DNA from: a virus
Taxonomy: Duplodnaviria; Caudoviricetes
Virus record (IMG/VR): IMGVR_UViG_3300027983_002389
Direction: 5' to 3' (one strand)
DNA: 64,000 bases
Shown here: one piece after another, positions 28,452-39,151 of the stretch
Numbering within the stretch: position 1 is the stretch's first letter
Layout: each line of letters opens with the position of its first letter
The notes under the pieces: model-generated
What the model was told of the DNA's origin: nothing
The model's database searches: none
What the model saw: the letters and a program-made list of their open reading frames with translations, nothing else
Position numbers and translations under genes: made by a program

Positions 28452-29810
28452 ATGAGATTCAGTTTCCGCAAATGGCTTGAAGCCGAAGATAACAACCCAC
28501 AAATCCAGTGGCGCAGTGATATTCCGACCTACCATCAAGGTTTGGTCCGGGCAGATCAGAAGCGTCCTGGATTTGTGCATGTTTATGATCCGAGTCATTA
28601 TGGTGCCGGAAACAGAAAAGTCTTCCATGACGAACATGGCGAAGTCGGATATTCTCTATTGCCCCAGGATTCTCCTTTACAAAACCATGTCAATCCAGGT
28701 AAAATAGAAATAGCTGGGGTTTACAACCACGGTGGAGATCGTACAAAAGGCTGGGGCGTTCATGCCATTAAACACGCTGTTCGACAGGGTGGCAATTACT
28801 TGGAAGCCTTTGAAGGGAACGATAGATTCTCTCTTCCTTTATATTATCATTCCCACTTAGGAGTCGAACCAGTTGGATATTTGCCTTGGGATAATCAATA
28901 TGCCCCAAAGCGGTGGAATGCAGAAAGAGATAACGAGCCTGGAATTGTCCAGATGCAAATCCCACCAGAGGCAATGGCAGATTTAGATGCTTGGTTGAGC
29001 GTTAGACATGACAACGATCAAGCTGTTTTTATGGCCAAGTTGAAAAGACTGAAACAACAAGCGGGTGTTCAGATGGAAGAAAACAAAAAACATAGCGGCG
29101 GTCACGATGCCAAGAAGCACAAGGATCATTGCGTATCTCCAGAAGAATATAATCGTTTGGTTGCCGGGGTTGACGACTTCTATTTTGGATCAGGAGATGA
29201 TGATCCTGTTCCTTCTCCCGATGACAAAATTGGTCGCTTCATTCACATGAAGGCTCACGAGTGGAATGTCAGCATCACTGAAGCGGCTGAACGCTCGATG
29301 GCACGTCTTTATGGGCAAATCAACAATAACGACAAGACAGTGATTATTGTCACGGCGTTTCGTCATGAAAATGACCTGAAGACCAATCGTCAATTGAATG
29401 TATCCCTGGGTTCTGACCTTCGTAAGTTGGGATGGGGATATACACCTGTTATGGGTGGCTTTGTCGAGAAAGGTGAGGGCGGCAAAGACGTTCACGTTCA
29501 AGAAGAATCGTTGTTCGTCAATGCAACTGGTGATTCGCACCAAGTTGTTAGAACTGTTCACGAGTTGCTGAAGAAATATCAGCAGCAAGCCGCATTGGTC
29601 AAGTTGCCAGACGATCCAATTGCTGTATTGTTGTGGGATGATGGTCACACCACACCAGCCGGTCAATGGCACGCCGATCCTCAGCAGATGGCTCAATACT
29701 ACACGCAAATGAGAAGCGGACCTCCGGGTCGTCAATTCAAGTTCGAGGCAGCAGGCGACGATTCGGTGATGACTCGCATGGCGGTCGAGAACTTCTTCAA
29801 AACTCGCTAG
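28452..29810 (+). CDS. putative head-packaged multidomain protein (CTS-like MRFSFRKWLEAE)
   Basis: TAAATA 5 nt upstream; C-terminal TAFR...N..L..DL...G.GY...GGFVE...EESL domain. Confidence 0.75.
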   Translation: MRFSFRKWLEAEDNNPQIQWRSDIPTYHQGLVRADQKRPGFVHVYDPSHYGAGNRKVFHDEHGEVGYSLLPQDSPLQNHVNPGKIEIAGVYNHGGDRTKGWGVHAIKHAVRQGGNYLEAFEGNDRFSLPLYYHSHLGVEPVGYLPWDNQYAPKRWNAERDNEPGIVQMQIPPEAMADLDAWLSVRHDNDQAVFMAKLKRLKQQAGVQMEENKKHSGGHDAKKHKDHCVSPEEYNRLVAGVDDFYFGSGDDDPVPSPDDKIGRFIHMKAHEWNVSITEAAERSMARLYGQINNNDKTVIIVTAFRHENDLKTNRQLNVSLGSDLRKLGWGYTPVMGGFVEKGEGGKDVHVQEESLFVNATGDSHQVVRTVHELLKKYQQQAALVKLPDDPIAVLLWDDGHTTPAGQWHADPQQMAQYYTQMRSGPPGRQFKFEAAGDDSVMTRMAVENFFKTR

Positions 29811-29815
29811 TATGC

Positions 29816-29844
29816 TTTACAATGAGTGGATTTTACGGTAAAAT
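29816..29844 (+). promoter_or_regulatory. sigma70-type promoter (class A) overlapped by 31-bp palindrome
   Basis: TTTACA-N17-TAAAAT; ATGAGTGGATTTTAC-G-GTAAAATCCACTCAT. Confidence 0.8.
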
Positions 29845-29850
29845 CCACTC

Positions 29851-30510
29851 ATGAAAGGCTACATCCTCCCCAACGAAAATGTCGATTACCTGGACCATCT
29901 GTTGCTCGCCAACGGACTTCTTCAGGTTCTTCCGGCACCTGTTCTTGCAGTCATTCCTCAACTCCATCTGAGTATTTGGGGAAATAAGCGAGGCGTATAT
30001 TGTTTTCCCACCACTGAACTAATTGAGTGGTTGCGAGATCAAGTTGCCGGTCGCAGTGCCATCGAAATATGTTCTGGCACAGGTGTTATTGGTCGGGCTT
30101 TGGGAATTCCCAGCACTGACTCGTATATCCAAACCACGCCGGAAATGATTGCCTATTACGCTCTGTACAATCAGAAACCCATCTTTCCGCCTCAAGACGT
30201 GCATAAGTTCGAGGCCATTGAAGCTGTCGATCACTTCAAGCCAGCCATTGTTCTTGGTTCTTACATCACGCAGAAATATCTGCCGGGTGATGAAGATGCC
30301 CAACCAAAGATTGGTTCTTCTTTTTATGGCGTTGACGAATTAGCTCTATTGCCCAAGGTTGAGACTTATATTGCCATTGGCAATAAGACTTCGCACGGCG
30401 ATAAGCGCATTCGTAAATTCCCTCACACAACCCATCAGTTTCCTTGGTTGTTTACCCGTTCGGTAAAGCCAGAGGAAAATGAAATCTCAGTTTGGAGCCG
30501 CAATGATTGA
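29851..30510 (+). CDS. SAM-dependent methyltransferase-like protein
   Basis: IEICSGTGVIGRAL motif I-like. Confidence 0.55.
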   Translation: MKGYILPNENVDYLDHLLLANGLLQVLPAPVLAVIPQLHLSIWGNKRGVYCFPTTELIEWLRDQVAGRSAIEICSGTGVIGRALGIPSTDSYIQTTPEMIAYYALYNQKPIFPPQDVHKFEAIEAVDHFKPAIVLGSYITQKYLPGDEDAQPKIGSSFYGVDELALLPKVETYIAIGNKTSHGDKRIRKFPHTTHQFPWLFTRSVKPEENEISVWSRND

Positions 30511-31095
30511 AGCCTTGAATTATGAACAACTTGAATGTCTGAATAGCTGGCCTGCGGTGTGTGGGCATCAGCCAGCTTGCTCAGGCTCTTGAAGAAATCT
30601 GGAGAAATCTGGAGGAATCCAGAGTTCCATGATGAACGAATGCAACTGTTGATGTTGGGTGTATTTTTAGGGAATTGGTTGATCGTTCCATATTTCACCC
30701 GCACTAGGGATCGCAGGTTGAATCTGCTCGGTCCTAGCCGTGAAGATCACACTAAGGGATTTTTCATTGGTTTGATTGCTGCATTTCTTGTTTTTGTTTT
30801 CTATTGGCTTTTTGGTTGGGAAAGTTATGAAGCCATATTCATTGATGACACCAGAAGAACAACGAGCGGTTTGGTTACGATCCCGATATTCCGGTAGATA
30901 TTTGGGAATTGCAAACGTCGTTCACAAAAACACCAATTCAAAGTTTGATTTTTATTGGAAGCAGGGCAACAGAGTTGTAATTTGTTACTTAGGCTGTAAT
31001 GGCACTTGCTTGTCTGGAGGATACGATCCAGAAACTAAAACCCTCATAGGGTTGCCACAAGAATTTGCCGCACCCTTTTTTGAATTGCTTGAAAA

Positions 31096-31707
31096 ATGAG
31101 AAATGTAGCCTTATTCGATCTCGATGGTTCCCTTGCTGATTATGTCGGAGCATTGGTTCGTGACATGAATTTATTGGCAAGTCCAGAAGACGAGCCAATC
31201 ACCGCCGATAACTTGTATTCGCTCGAAAAACAAGATCATATTCGCAATCGAATGAGGCTCATTAAGCTGCAACCAAATTGGTGGCTCGATTTACGTCCTA
31301 TCGAAATAGGTGTATGTGCCCTTGCCTGGGCAAAAGACATTGGATACGACATTCACGTTCTGACAAAAGGGCCTAAAAAGGCGTCTCTTGCTTGGAAGGA
31401 AAAACTCGAATGGTCCCAGCGACATCTTGGGATATATTGTGGCGACATTGATGTGCATATCACCAGCGACAAGGGACTTGTTTATGGCAAATTGTTATAT
31501 GACGATTATCCAGAATACATGGACGCATGGCTCAAACATCGTCCTCGTGGATTAGGCATTATGCCTGTCACTTCATATAACAAGGATTACACTCATCCCA
31601 ATGTGGTCAAGTGGGATGGCACAAACCTCGAAGAATTAACCACTGCGTTGAAACTAGCCTTTAATCGTCAGTCAGGAGAAGAATTGTGCTTTCCCGCAAA
31701 AAACTGA
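31096..31707 (+). CDS. HAD 5'(3')-deoxyribonucleotidase-like
   Basis: LFDLDGSLADY, LT, K..W, K.LV.G.LLYDDYP. Confidence 0.85.
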   Translation: MRNVALFDLDGSLADYVGALVRDMNLLASPEDEPITADNLYSLEKQDHIRNRMRLIKLQPNWWLDLRPIEIGVCALAWAKDIGYDIHVLTKGPKKASLAWKEKLEWSQRHLGIYCGDIDVHITSDKGLVYGKLLYDDYPEYMDAWLKHRPRGLGIMPVTSYNKDYTHPNVVKWDGTNLEELTTALKLAFNRQSGEELCFPAKN

Positions 31708-32507
31708 AAGTAGAACAGCCTCTTAGTCCGTTCGCCAGCACTGAAAATCACAGCAGCAACGAACCGCTGTTAATTGATCCAGATGCCAGAGTGTCTTCTT
31801 TGGAATCGCTCAAAAGTGCTATTGGGGCTTTGAGTTTTTTACATGAATTGATTACAAAGGGAACGGCGACTATTGGCATTCGACACAATACGCTTGGTAT
31901 TTGTCGAGCGAAATTGGGACAACTTGATAAGTTTTTGGGAGCCAAGGACGATCTCAAGCAAGAAGAGGAATTGAAAAAGAATCTTCTTCGTCAAGCCAAT
32001 CTGGAAAATCATCGACTTCGTGAAGAAATGGGCAAGGGAGTCACCATTGAATCTATTGGCAGCAAGCTGCATCAGCTTGACCGCTCCATCTACAACTGGT
32101 GGCAAAACCTGGGATTTACTTACAGTTCGGCCAAGTTGCAGCCACATTCTCATGGAGCAACATTTCATGTGGAGTTCTCTGTCGGCGTAGAGCGACACGT
32201 TAGCAGTCATTCAGAAAAGCCTGTGACCGATAGGGCCAGGATGAATGCAAAACGAGAGGCACTAGGCGCTGAACTGGAAATCGTTTACAAAAGCGATGAT
32301 CCATATGTGGTGGACAATCCCAATAATCGGGCGTGGCTCACCAATAAATTCAAAGAAAGATTTCCTACCTGCCGCATTTGGAAGTGGGAGTCAATTTCTG
32401 CTCGTGGACTTGATGATGTATTCCAGATTCGTCATGTAGAAGTGAATATCGACATGACGGATGTTGGCGATGAACCTGAAAAGAATGAAAAATACGACGG
32501 ATTCTAA
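31686..32507 (+). CDS. hypothetical protein
   Basis: 273 aa. Confidence 0.75.
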   Translation: MLSRKKLKVEQPLSPFASTENHSSNEPLLIDPDARVSSLESLKSAIGALSFLHELITKGTATIGIRHNTLGICRAKLGQLDKFLGAKDDLKQEEELKKNLLRQANLENHRLREEMGKGVTIESIGSKLHQLDRSIYNWWQNLGFTYSSAKLQPHSHGATFHVEFSVGVERHVSSHSEKPVTDRARMNAKREALGAELEIVYKSDDPYVVDNPNNRAWLTNKFKERFPTCRIWKWESISARGLDDVFQIRHVEVNIDMTDVGDEPEKNEKYDGF

Positions 32508-32783
32508 TTTCGACCCCGAACCTGCACCGCATTTCAAGAGTCCTATCGGTAGATGGGAACTCTTTTTCTTTCAATGAGGACAACGTGGCAAAAATGCAAA
32601 AAGTCCATTGTAATTCTCGCATTGGAAAATGGACGGTGCTTCGTGAAGATGGAGCCGTGATGTGTCATGGGTCCAAACAAAATATTGAAGATTTTTTGGA
32701 TTGGAAGCAGAACGCCGACGCCGAGACGGAACGAAAGCGAAAAGCAAGAATTCACAGAAGAATGTGCGAACTCTTGAATTGGC

Positions 32784-32812
32784 TTTACAACAATAAAAAA
32801 GGACGGTAAAAT
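32784..32812 (+). promoter_or_regulatory. sigma70-type promoter (class A)
   Basis: TTTACA-N17-TAAAAT. Confidence 0.7.
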
Positions 32813-32852
32813 CTCTCAAGGCAAAAATACTTTAACCTTGGGAGACGAAGCC

Positions 32853-33437
32853 GTGCCGAAAAGTCAAAGTGATTACATTCGTGAAGAGTTGGAGCGGGAT
32901 TTTAATGCACCCGCTGCCGCAATTGTGGCCCGAATCTTAAAGAAGGGGCTGCGATGCAACGTACAGAATGTGTACCTGGGACAGCATATTATCAACATTT
33001 TGACTTCTCACCCTGAAGGTCTTTCTGACCGTGACTTGACTGGTAGAATCCTACTGATTCAAGGGGATTCCATCAAGAAGGCTGGTTATACCAGTCGTGC
33101 TACCGATTTCTTGACGGTGGTTTGTGAGAAGTTGCATGACATGGTAGAGAAGGGTCATATCGCCAAGAATGGCTTGCAATACAAGCTGCACGGCCTTAAT
33201 GCCGAACTATACACACGCACAGCATTGGAACTGGCTCTACAGCAAGTTGCCGAGGTTGTTGCCGAGGCGTCTGATCTCGACGTGCTTCGAGAGGCCGTCA
33301 CTGATTTCGCCAGGGCCAAGGGCATTGCCGACCCGGAATTGTTCCCCGATACGTTGATTCGTCAGCGTCGAGAGTTCATTCAGGCGCAAACCCAATACTT
33401 CACTCTGTTTGAGTCGGGTTCAAATGGAAGCAAGTGA
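32853..33437 (+). CDS. hypothetical protein (possible winged helix)
   Basis: GGAG + GTG. Confidence 0.7.
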   Translation: MPKSQSDYIREELERDFNAPAAAIVARILKKGLRCNVQNVYLGQHIINILTSHPEGLSDRDLTGRILLIQGDSIKKAGYTSRATDFLTVVCEKLHDMVEKGHIAKNGLQYKLHGLNAELYTRTALELALQQVAEVVAEASDLDVLREAVTDFARAKGIADPELFPDTLIRQRREFIQAQTQYFTLFESGSNGSK

Positions 33438-33621
33438 CTTTTTACAATCCTGGTCCTTGACTCGGTAATCCTTGACTCGGTAAGTCGTCTTTAGCGGCGG
33501 GGTAGTTCACATAGATGATGCTGCGTTTGGTCGCCCTCTTAAATATATCGAATATGAAAGACCTGTCGTTGATTGGTCTAAAGTTGTTGAAACGTTAAAC
33601 ATTAAAGATAGAGAGCAATTT

Positions 33622-33819
33622 ATGGTAGAAATAGATTTTCGCAAAACAGGTGTTGATGTAGCAAAAAATATTATTGGAATGAAAATCGAAGATGCAGAAC
33701 AATATGCTGAACAAAACGGTTTTGTTTTGTATTCAATTCTTGCAACATGTCGATTTAAATCAAACAGAATTCAATATGATTTATAGAATGGGTTGATCAC
33801 ATCAGCCATTCATGGATAG
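33622..33819 (+). pseudogene. small protein with in-frame TAG at 33784
   Basis: MVEIDF...IIGMKIEDAEQYAEQNG...NRIQYDL*NGLITSAIHG*. Confidence 0.6.
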
Positions 33820-34064
33820 GAGAGAACATGGCCTTAACACAAAATCAAGTTAACGTCTGACAAAAATATTGTCGATATAGAAGTAGATGAATTTTTAGAC
33901 GACATGAATAAGACTGGTCAAGATCCAATTAGTCAAGGAGTTCCATTGGGGGACAATTGCAATGGTTATATTAAACTGACCACAAAAGCACAGGGATATG
34001 ATTTAGACAAATCGTAAGGAGATATTATGAGTATGGATTTTTTATTCCCGATAAATTGTCGAAA

Positions 34065-34096
34065 GGTCGAACCAGGAGAACACTTCACTCTCTAGG
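34065..34096 (+). promoter_or_regulatory. class B promoter motif copy 7
   Basis: GGTCGAACC-N14-CTCTCTAGG. Confidence 0.85.
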
Positions 34097-34135
34097 TAGG
34101 TGGCAAAGATGAGCAACCGAACCGGAGAAAGTGAT

Positions 34136-36313
34136 ATGTTCCCTAACAAATTTGCGGGTACTTGCAACAATCCTACTTGCAAATGCAAGGTAGAAGCCCA
34201 TTCTGGTTTCACTCAGAAAATCAACGGTCGTTGGGCCGTTTGGTGCAAGCAGTGCGTTCCAGTTCGCATTGAAGCTGCGCCCGTTGTCCGTCGTATTCTT
34301 ACGACTGATGGAAAAATCATTATTCCATATGAGCCACAGAATCTCGATCTGTTACGTTCGATTCCTGGCGCTCGTTGGGAAAAAGACAACCAGTGGTGGA
34401 GTGTCAGCCTTGAAATGGCCGACCGTCGCCGTCTTTTGGAAGTCGCCGAGAAAATTGGACTGGAAGTTCCTCCGTCACTTCGTGTCATCGAAGTGACCGA
34501 AGAGGCTCAAAATGCCACCAATGCCGGTCTATACCCATTCCAAGTGGAGGGCGTCAACTTCCTTGCCCACAAGGACAAAGCGTTGCTAGGCGACGAAATG
34601 GGCCTTGGCAAGACCGTTCAATCGCTCATGGGCATTCCTACTCGTGGTGCCGCTCTCGTCATCTGCCGTGCCGGTTTGAAATATAACTGGTTGGATGAAG
34701 TCAACAAGTGGCGTCCTGACTTAAAGCCTGTTGTTCTTAATGGTCGCAAGAGCTTCCGTTGGCCTTCTTCTGGCGAGGTCGTCATCATCAATAACGATAT
34801 TCTACCAGCAGAGTTCAATACACCTAAGAAGAACAAAGGCGAACAAATGCAAGCCTATTGGGATCGTCTCAAGACGTTCCGCAATGGGTTGAAAGAACGT
34901 CATCCTCAAGCTGTCAGTGTCAACCTTATTGTAGATGAGGCCCATGACTACAAGAACCGTGATGCGGCTCGTAGTCGTAAGGTGAAGGAGTTCGCAAAAC
35001 TCGCTCGTAAGTTGACCGGCTTGACTGGTTCACCTTTGACCAATCGTCCCGAAGATTTGTTTGGCGTATTGGATGTATTGGGTTTGGCAAAAGAAGTGTT
35101 CGGAACATGGGAACGATTCCAACTATTGTTCAATGCCTACTCAGATCGGGTCTGGACGGGCAGGGGATACATCAACAAGATTGTATGGGGTAAGCCTCAG
35201 CCTATTGTTCCTGAACTTCTACGTCGTTCTATGCTTCGTCGTCGTCGTGCCGATGTATTGCCGGACCTTCCTGCTAAGACCTACACTAATCTGTTGGTCG
35301 GGCCGGTCGATCCTACACTTCAGAAGGCATTGGACGAATTGTGGGAAGAATGGGGAACCGCTGTTCAAATTGAAGGTGAACTTCCTCCGTTCGAGAAATT
35401 CAGTGAAATTCGTGAAAAGCTGGCCCGCAGCCGGGTCGATGCTATGATCGAATACGTCGAAAACGCTGAGGAACAAGAGGTTCCATTGGTAGTGTTCAGC
35501 GCTCACTTGGCTCCGCTCGATGCTCTATTGGGCCGACCGGGTTGGGCAGTGATTACGGGTGTTACTTCGCCGATTAAACGTCAAGAAATTGTTCGTGCTT
35601 TCCAAGCCGGACAATTGAAGGGCGTGGGTGTGAGCATTAAGGCTGGTGGTGTTGGGATTAACCTGACTCACGCATGGAAGGCATTGTTTGTTGATTTGGA
35701 CTGGACTCCTGCCGCTAATTGGCAGGCAGAAGATCGGATTGCTCGTATTGGGCAATTGTCCAACAAAGTCGAAATCATTCGTATGGTGAGCGACCATCCT
35801 CTTGACTTGCATATTCAGAACATGCTGGTTGATAAAATCGACACGATCATCAAGGCGATTGATTCGTCTGTTCATGGTGAGAAAGTTGAAGTTAAACCCG
35901 GAGTGCAGGGCGAGACAGAAGAAGAGTTCCAGGCTCGCATCAACAAGCTGTTGGAACGTGCTGAAATTGACATTAAGGAACGTAAGGCACGAGCCGAGAG
36001 TGATCGCAAATTGGCTGCTAAAGGCAAGGTCAGTGTCATTCATGGTCGAGAAAAGGCTCGACTGACCAAACCAGTATTGTCTCTTACTGCTGAAAGAACC
36101 GAAGCCGTTCGTGATTCTTTTAAATACATGCTTTCCATTTGTGATGGGGCGCATACTTGGGATAACCTCGGATTCAACAAGCCTGACGCATCAGTGGCAC
36201 ATTGGCTGCTGTCGGCTGGTCTGGAAACAGATCAGGAGGTTGAAGCAGCATATTACATGCTGACTCGATACCATCGACAGCTTGCTCCGAAGTATCCGGT
36301 GCTATTCAAATAG
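34136..36313 (+). CDS. SNF2-family helicase/translocase
   Basis: LYPFQ, GDEMGLGKT, DEAH, LTGSP, GGVGINL, QAEDRIARIGQ. Confidence 0.95.
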   Translation: MFPNKFAGTCNNPTCKCKVEAHSGFTQKINGRWAVWCKQCVPVRIEAAPVVRRILTTDGKIIIPYEPQNLDLLRSIPGARWEKDNQWWSVSLEMADRRRLLEVAEKIGLEVPPSLRVIEVTEEAQNATNAGLYPFQVEGVNFLAHKDKALLGDEMGLGKTVQSLMGIPTRGAALVICRAGLKYNWLDEVNKWRPDLKPVVLNGRKSFRWPSSGEVVIINNDILPAEFNTPKKNKGEQMQAYWDRLKTFRNGLKERHPQAVSVNLIVDEAHDYKNRDAARSRKVKEFAKLARKLTGLTGSPLTNRPEDLFGVLDVLGLAKEVFGTWERFQLLFNAYSDRVWTGRGYINKIVWGKPQPIVPELLRRSMLRRRRADVLPDLPAKTYTNLLVGPVDPTLQKALDELWEEWGTAVQIEGELPPFEKFSEIREKLARSRVDAMIEYVENAEEQEVPLVVFSAHLAPLDALLGRPGWAVITGVTSPIKRQEIVRAFQAGQLKGVGVSIKAGGVGINLTHAWKALFVDLDWTPAANWQAEDRIARIGQLSNKVEIIRMVSDHPLDLHIQNMLVDKIDTIIKAIDSSVHGEKVEVKPGVQGETEEEFQARINKLLERAEIDIKERKARAESDRKLAAKGKVSVIHGREKARLTKPVLSLTAERTEAVRDSFKYMLSICDGAHTWDNLGFNKPDASVAHWLLSAGLETDQEVEAAYYMLTRYHRQLAPKYPVLFK

Positions 36314-36318
36314 CCGAA

Positions 36319-36354
36319 ACAATAGGGGATGTAAAAATCCCCTATTGTCGTTTT
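36319..36354 (+). terminator. hairpin/terminator
   Basis: acaataggggat..atcccctattgt then T-rich. Confidence 0.75.
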
Positions 36355-36357
36355 ATA

Positions 36358-36389
36358 GGTCGAACCAAATACAGTTTTCACTCTCTTGG
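36358..36389 (+). promoter_or_regulatory. class B promoter motif copy 8
   Basis: GGTCGAACC-N14-CTCTCTTGG. Confidence 0.85.
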
Positions 36390-36429
36390 TTTTTAGGGAA
36401 AGAACCTTCAACCAAAAGAAAGCAAAGAC

Positions 36430-36729
36430 ATGAGCCATCAACAACTTCAAGTTCAGCCCACACGATTTATCAATGCTGAACCTGGCATTTTACCCTCCTT
36501 AGAAGGCCCTGTGCCGATTGTGTTATTGTCCTTCGGAGCCGAGGAAGGCCCCATTGAAGATCGAGCCATTGGCATCATAGAGGCTCGACAAATGGTTATG
36601 GACATTCTGGAATCGTTGGCTACGATGGGTGATCCGCTTGCTCAGGCCATCGGCAGTCAGTTTTTCTCACATCAAGAATCTTCCGACGATGGAAGCGAGT
36701 ATGACGATGAATGTTCCGATTGTGAGTAA
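36430..36729 (+). CDS. acidic hypothetical protein
   Basis: 99 aa after class B motif. Confidence 0.7.
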   Translation: MSHQQLQVQPTRFINAEPGILPSLEGPVPIVLLSFGAEEGPIEDRAIGIIEARQMVMDILESLATMGDPLAQAIGSQFFSHQESSDDGSEYDDECSDCE

Positions 36730-37045
36730 AAGCATAGTCCGCATGAACGCCGAGAAAGACCCGAACTATTGCCCGTATTGTATGCGGTGTACTGGTTTGG
36801 TTCGTATGGAAAAAATAGATGCCTTTCTTTGGGGTTGTAATTGTGGGGCAATTGGCGACGAACGGGATGACGTTGAATGTCCTTCTTGCAAAGGGACGAA
36901 GATCAATGCTGGGGCATCTTGTCTTTGTTGTGAGGGAGCGGGAACAATAACCCAATTCAAAGCCGACTCGTTGACTGGAATACGACGAGACTTGAAGCGA
37001 CGAACGTTCAAGAGAGGCTGGAAGGGCTGGCGACTGAATGGTTAA
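36701..37045 (+). CDS. Cys-rich Zn-finger protein
   Basis: CPYCMRC, CNCG, CPSCKG, CLCCEG. Confidence 0.65.
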   Translation: MTMNVPIVSKSIVRMNAEKDPNYCPYCMRCTGLVRMEKIDAFLWGCNCGAIGDERDDVECPSCKGTKINAGASCLCCEGAGTITQFKADSLTGIRRDLKRRTFKRGWKGWRLNG

Positions 37046-37268
37046 TGAAAAAAACGCAAAAGCCACCAAGATTATGCTCGAACGTATTGTCGAACGCAGT
37101 GGGGAGGACCGAGCCAGTGTCTTTTTGGATATTATCATTGACACGATATTCCACAAAGGCGATATAAACATCTGGAGCCAACAACAAGCAATTAACCATA
37201 TTGCTGAGACATACGGCTTGATATCCCCAGCGTTGACCTATAGAGCAACAGAAGAAGTCCCATTTTGA

Positions 37269-37297
37269 TTTACACCACATTATTTGTGTGGTAGAAT
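37269..37297 (+). promoter_or_regulatory. sigma70-type promoter (class A)
   Basis: TTTACA-N17-TAGAAT. Confidence 0.8.
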
Positions 37298-37326
37298 CTC
37301 TTTGGACGACCGGACAGTGAGGGAAT

Positions 37327-37893
37327 TTGATGAATGGCAACGGACCAAATAGTGAGTTGGCGTATTGGATTGCTGTGCGTGGCATTGCGAAGAAAGCAAT
37401 GTACGCATTTGGGACCGGCCCGCTATACGACTTCGTTAATGGAACCGTAACTAGAAGCCCCGAATATGGTGAAAAGGTTCGAGTTTATGTGCGAGAACAA
37501 GTCGAATACTCAAGTTGGATCGTTTCCAAACAGCGTACGACTTATGTTCTGAGGTATACACGGCACAATTCCAACAGTGCTGTGCAGTCCATGCAGGAAG
37601 ATGTTCGTCAAGAATCCGATGATTTGTTAAAAGCTAATGTTCCTACTTATTATCGACTCCGTTTCGTTTTGGACCCTACTTTGACCCGAATCAGTGGGGT
37701 GAGATTTGTAGTGGCACCTGATTTTGATGACAGTGACAGCGAAGACTATGAATCGCCGATGCGATGGAACCATCCTGATGAAATCGGCGATGCGATGGTC
37801 AAATTAGAAGCACAATACAAACAAGCCAAGTTGCCCTTGCCCACAATTGAATTTGTGGCTTTCAATAAAGAACACCAGGAGATACCGAAATGA
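37327..37893 (+). CDS. hypothetical protein
   Basis: 188 aa. Confidence 0.75.
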   Translation: MMNGNGPNSELAYWIAVRGIAKKAMYAFGTGPLYDFVNGTVTRSPEYGEKVRVYVREQVEYSSWIVSKQRTTYVLRYTRHNSNSAVQSMQEDVRQESDDLLKANVPTYYRLRFVLDPTLTRISGVRFVVAPDFDDSDSEDYESPMRWNHPDEIGDAMVKLEAQYKQAKLPLPTIEFVAFNKEHQEIPK

Positions 37894-38774
37894 AAAATCA
37901 AATTGATCCGAGTTGGATTTCCTGGGCCGAGCGTCGAGCCAGTCTTCTCAAGGATGGTGGATACATTATCTTTCCGTCTGACGGAGCGCTTTTTCAACTC
38001 AACAAAACCAGTAAGACTCTCAATCTGGTTTGCTGTGTTCCATCGTGGCTAGGATCTGAAGTCGAAACTACAAACCGACAGGTCTTCGCCAAGATCAATT
38101 ATCGGTATCAGAAGCCAGATGAAGTGCCTACCACTCCTGATGCCATTATCGACAAGATATTCTCCAACTTGCAAAAGTATGCGTCGGATATTCCAACGCT
38201 GTTACATGGTATTGGTGTTATCTTTGGATTGAAGCGTGAAAACCAGTCCGATGACGAGAAGTTGCTGGACTTGATTGCCAAGAAGGGCAAGAAATTACCT
38301 ATCAATCCTGTGACAATTCGAGGCGTAGGAAACTTCACTGCTGGTCGTTTATGGATTGGAGTTGATTCTGTGCCGGACACAGCGCATCGCTTCAACCCCG
38401 CAGTTCAACGTGGACCACGATGGGAGAAGCCGATCACAATCATTTTGTGGCGTGAAGGACAGGGGCTTAATGTCGATGACCCCAATCGCCCAGCCATGAT
38501 TGTGGACGAGCCAGACTTCATTCAATTTGTGAATTCATTGAAGGATTCACTGTCCGCACACGTCAAGTTGTGGGGACAAGCTGATCGAGTGAATGAGCAT
38601 CAAAAAATGTTCGCTTTATTCGACAAGCATGAAGAAGATTCTCGTCTTGAAGTTAAGTTGTATAAAACCAACGACGACTATACCGAGAACACCTTGGTTG
38701 GCGAGGCTGAACTTAACTCCAATAAATTCTTTGAGGGTTTGGGGCATCTATTCTCTAATGGAGAATTATTGTGA
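37890..38774 (+). CDS. hypothetical protein
   Basis: 294 aa, AGGAG RBS. Confidence 0.8.
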   Translation: MKNQIDPSWISWAERRASLLKDGGYIIFPSDGALFQLNKTSKTLNLVCCVPSWLGSEVETTNRQVFAKINYRYQKPDEVPTTPDAIIDKIFSNLQKYASDIPTLLHGIGVIFGLKRENQSDDEKLLDLIAKKGKKLPINPVTIRGVGNFTAGRLWIGVDSVPDTAHRFNPAVQRGPRWEKPITIILWREGQGLNVDDPNRPAMIVDEPDFIQFVNSLKDSLSAHVKLWGQADRVNEHQKMFALFDKHEEDSRLEVKLYKTNDDYTENTLVGEAELNSNKFFEGLGHLFSNGELL

Positions 38775-39151
38775 TTGCAGTCACACATTTTCAAATATTT
38801 CTGTTTGTTGCTTTGGCAATCTTTCTGATTTTGTCTTATCTCATTTACATGCTAATTAAATGGGATGAACAACCATTGCCTTCCACATTGAAAAATGAAG
38901 AAGGCGATTTGCCATTCTCCACTTTGAAAAAAGTAAAAGTTGTTGATTTTTTGGTAGATCCTGATTTTAAGTTGTTGTGCATCTTTGTGTCTTCTGACGC
39001 AATTAAATACGATCACTTTGTTTTAGGAAGTGTAACATTTACCGAAACCAGTCAAAATGACAGCCATATAAAGCTCATTCGCTCAGGAACCGGCTTCAGG
39101 GTTTACAATCATCCGACCGTCAAAGAGGGGCAGTGGTTGCCATGTCGATAA
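38771..39151 (+). CDS. N-terminal TM hypothetical protein
   Basis: hydrophobic N-terminus. Confidence 0.7.
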   Translation: MIAVTHFQIFLFVALAIFLILSYLIYMLIKWDEQPLPSTLKNEEGDLPFSTLKKVKVVDFLVDPDFKLLCIFVSSDAIKYDHFVLGSVTFTETSQNDSHIKLIRSGTGFRVYNHPTVKEGQWLPCR

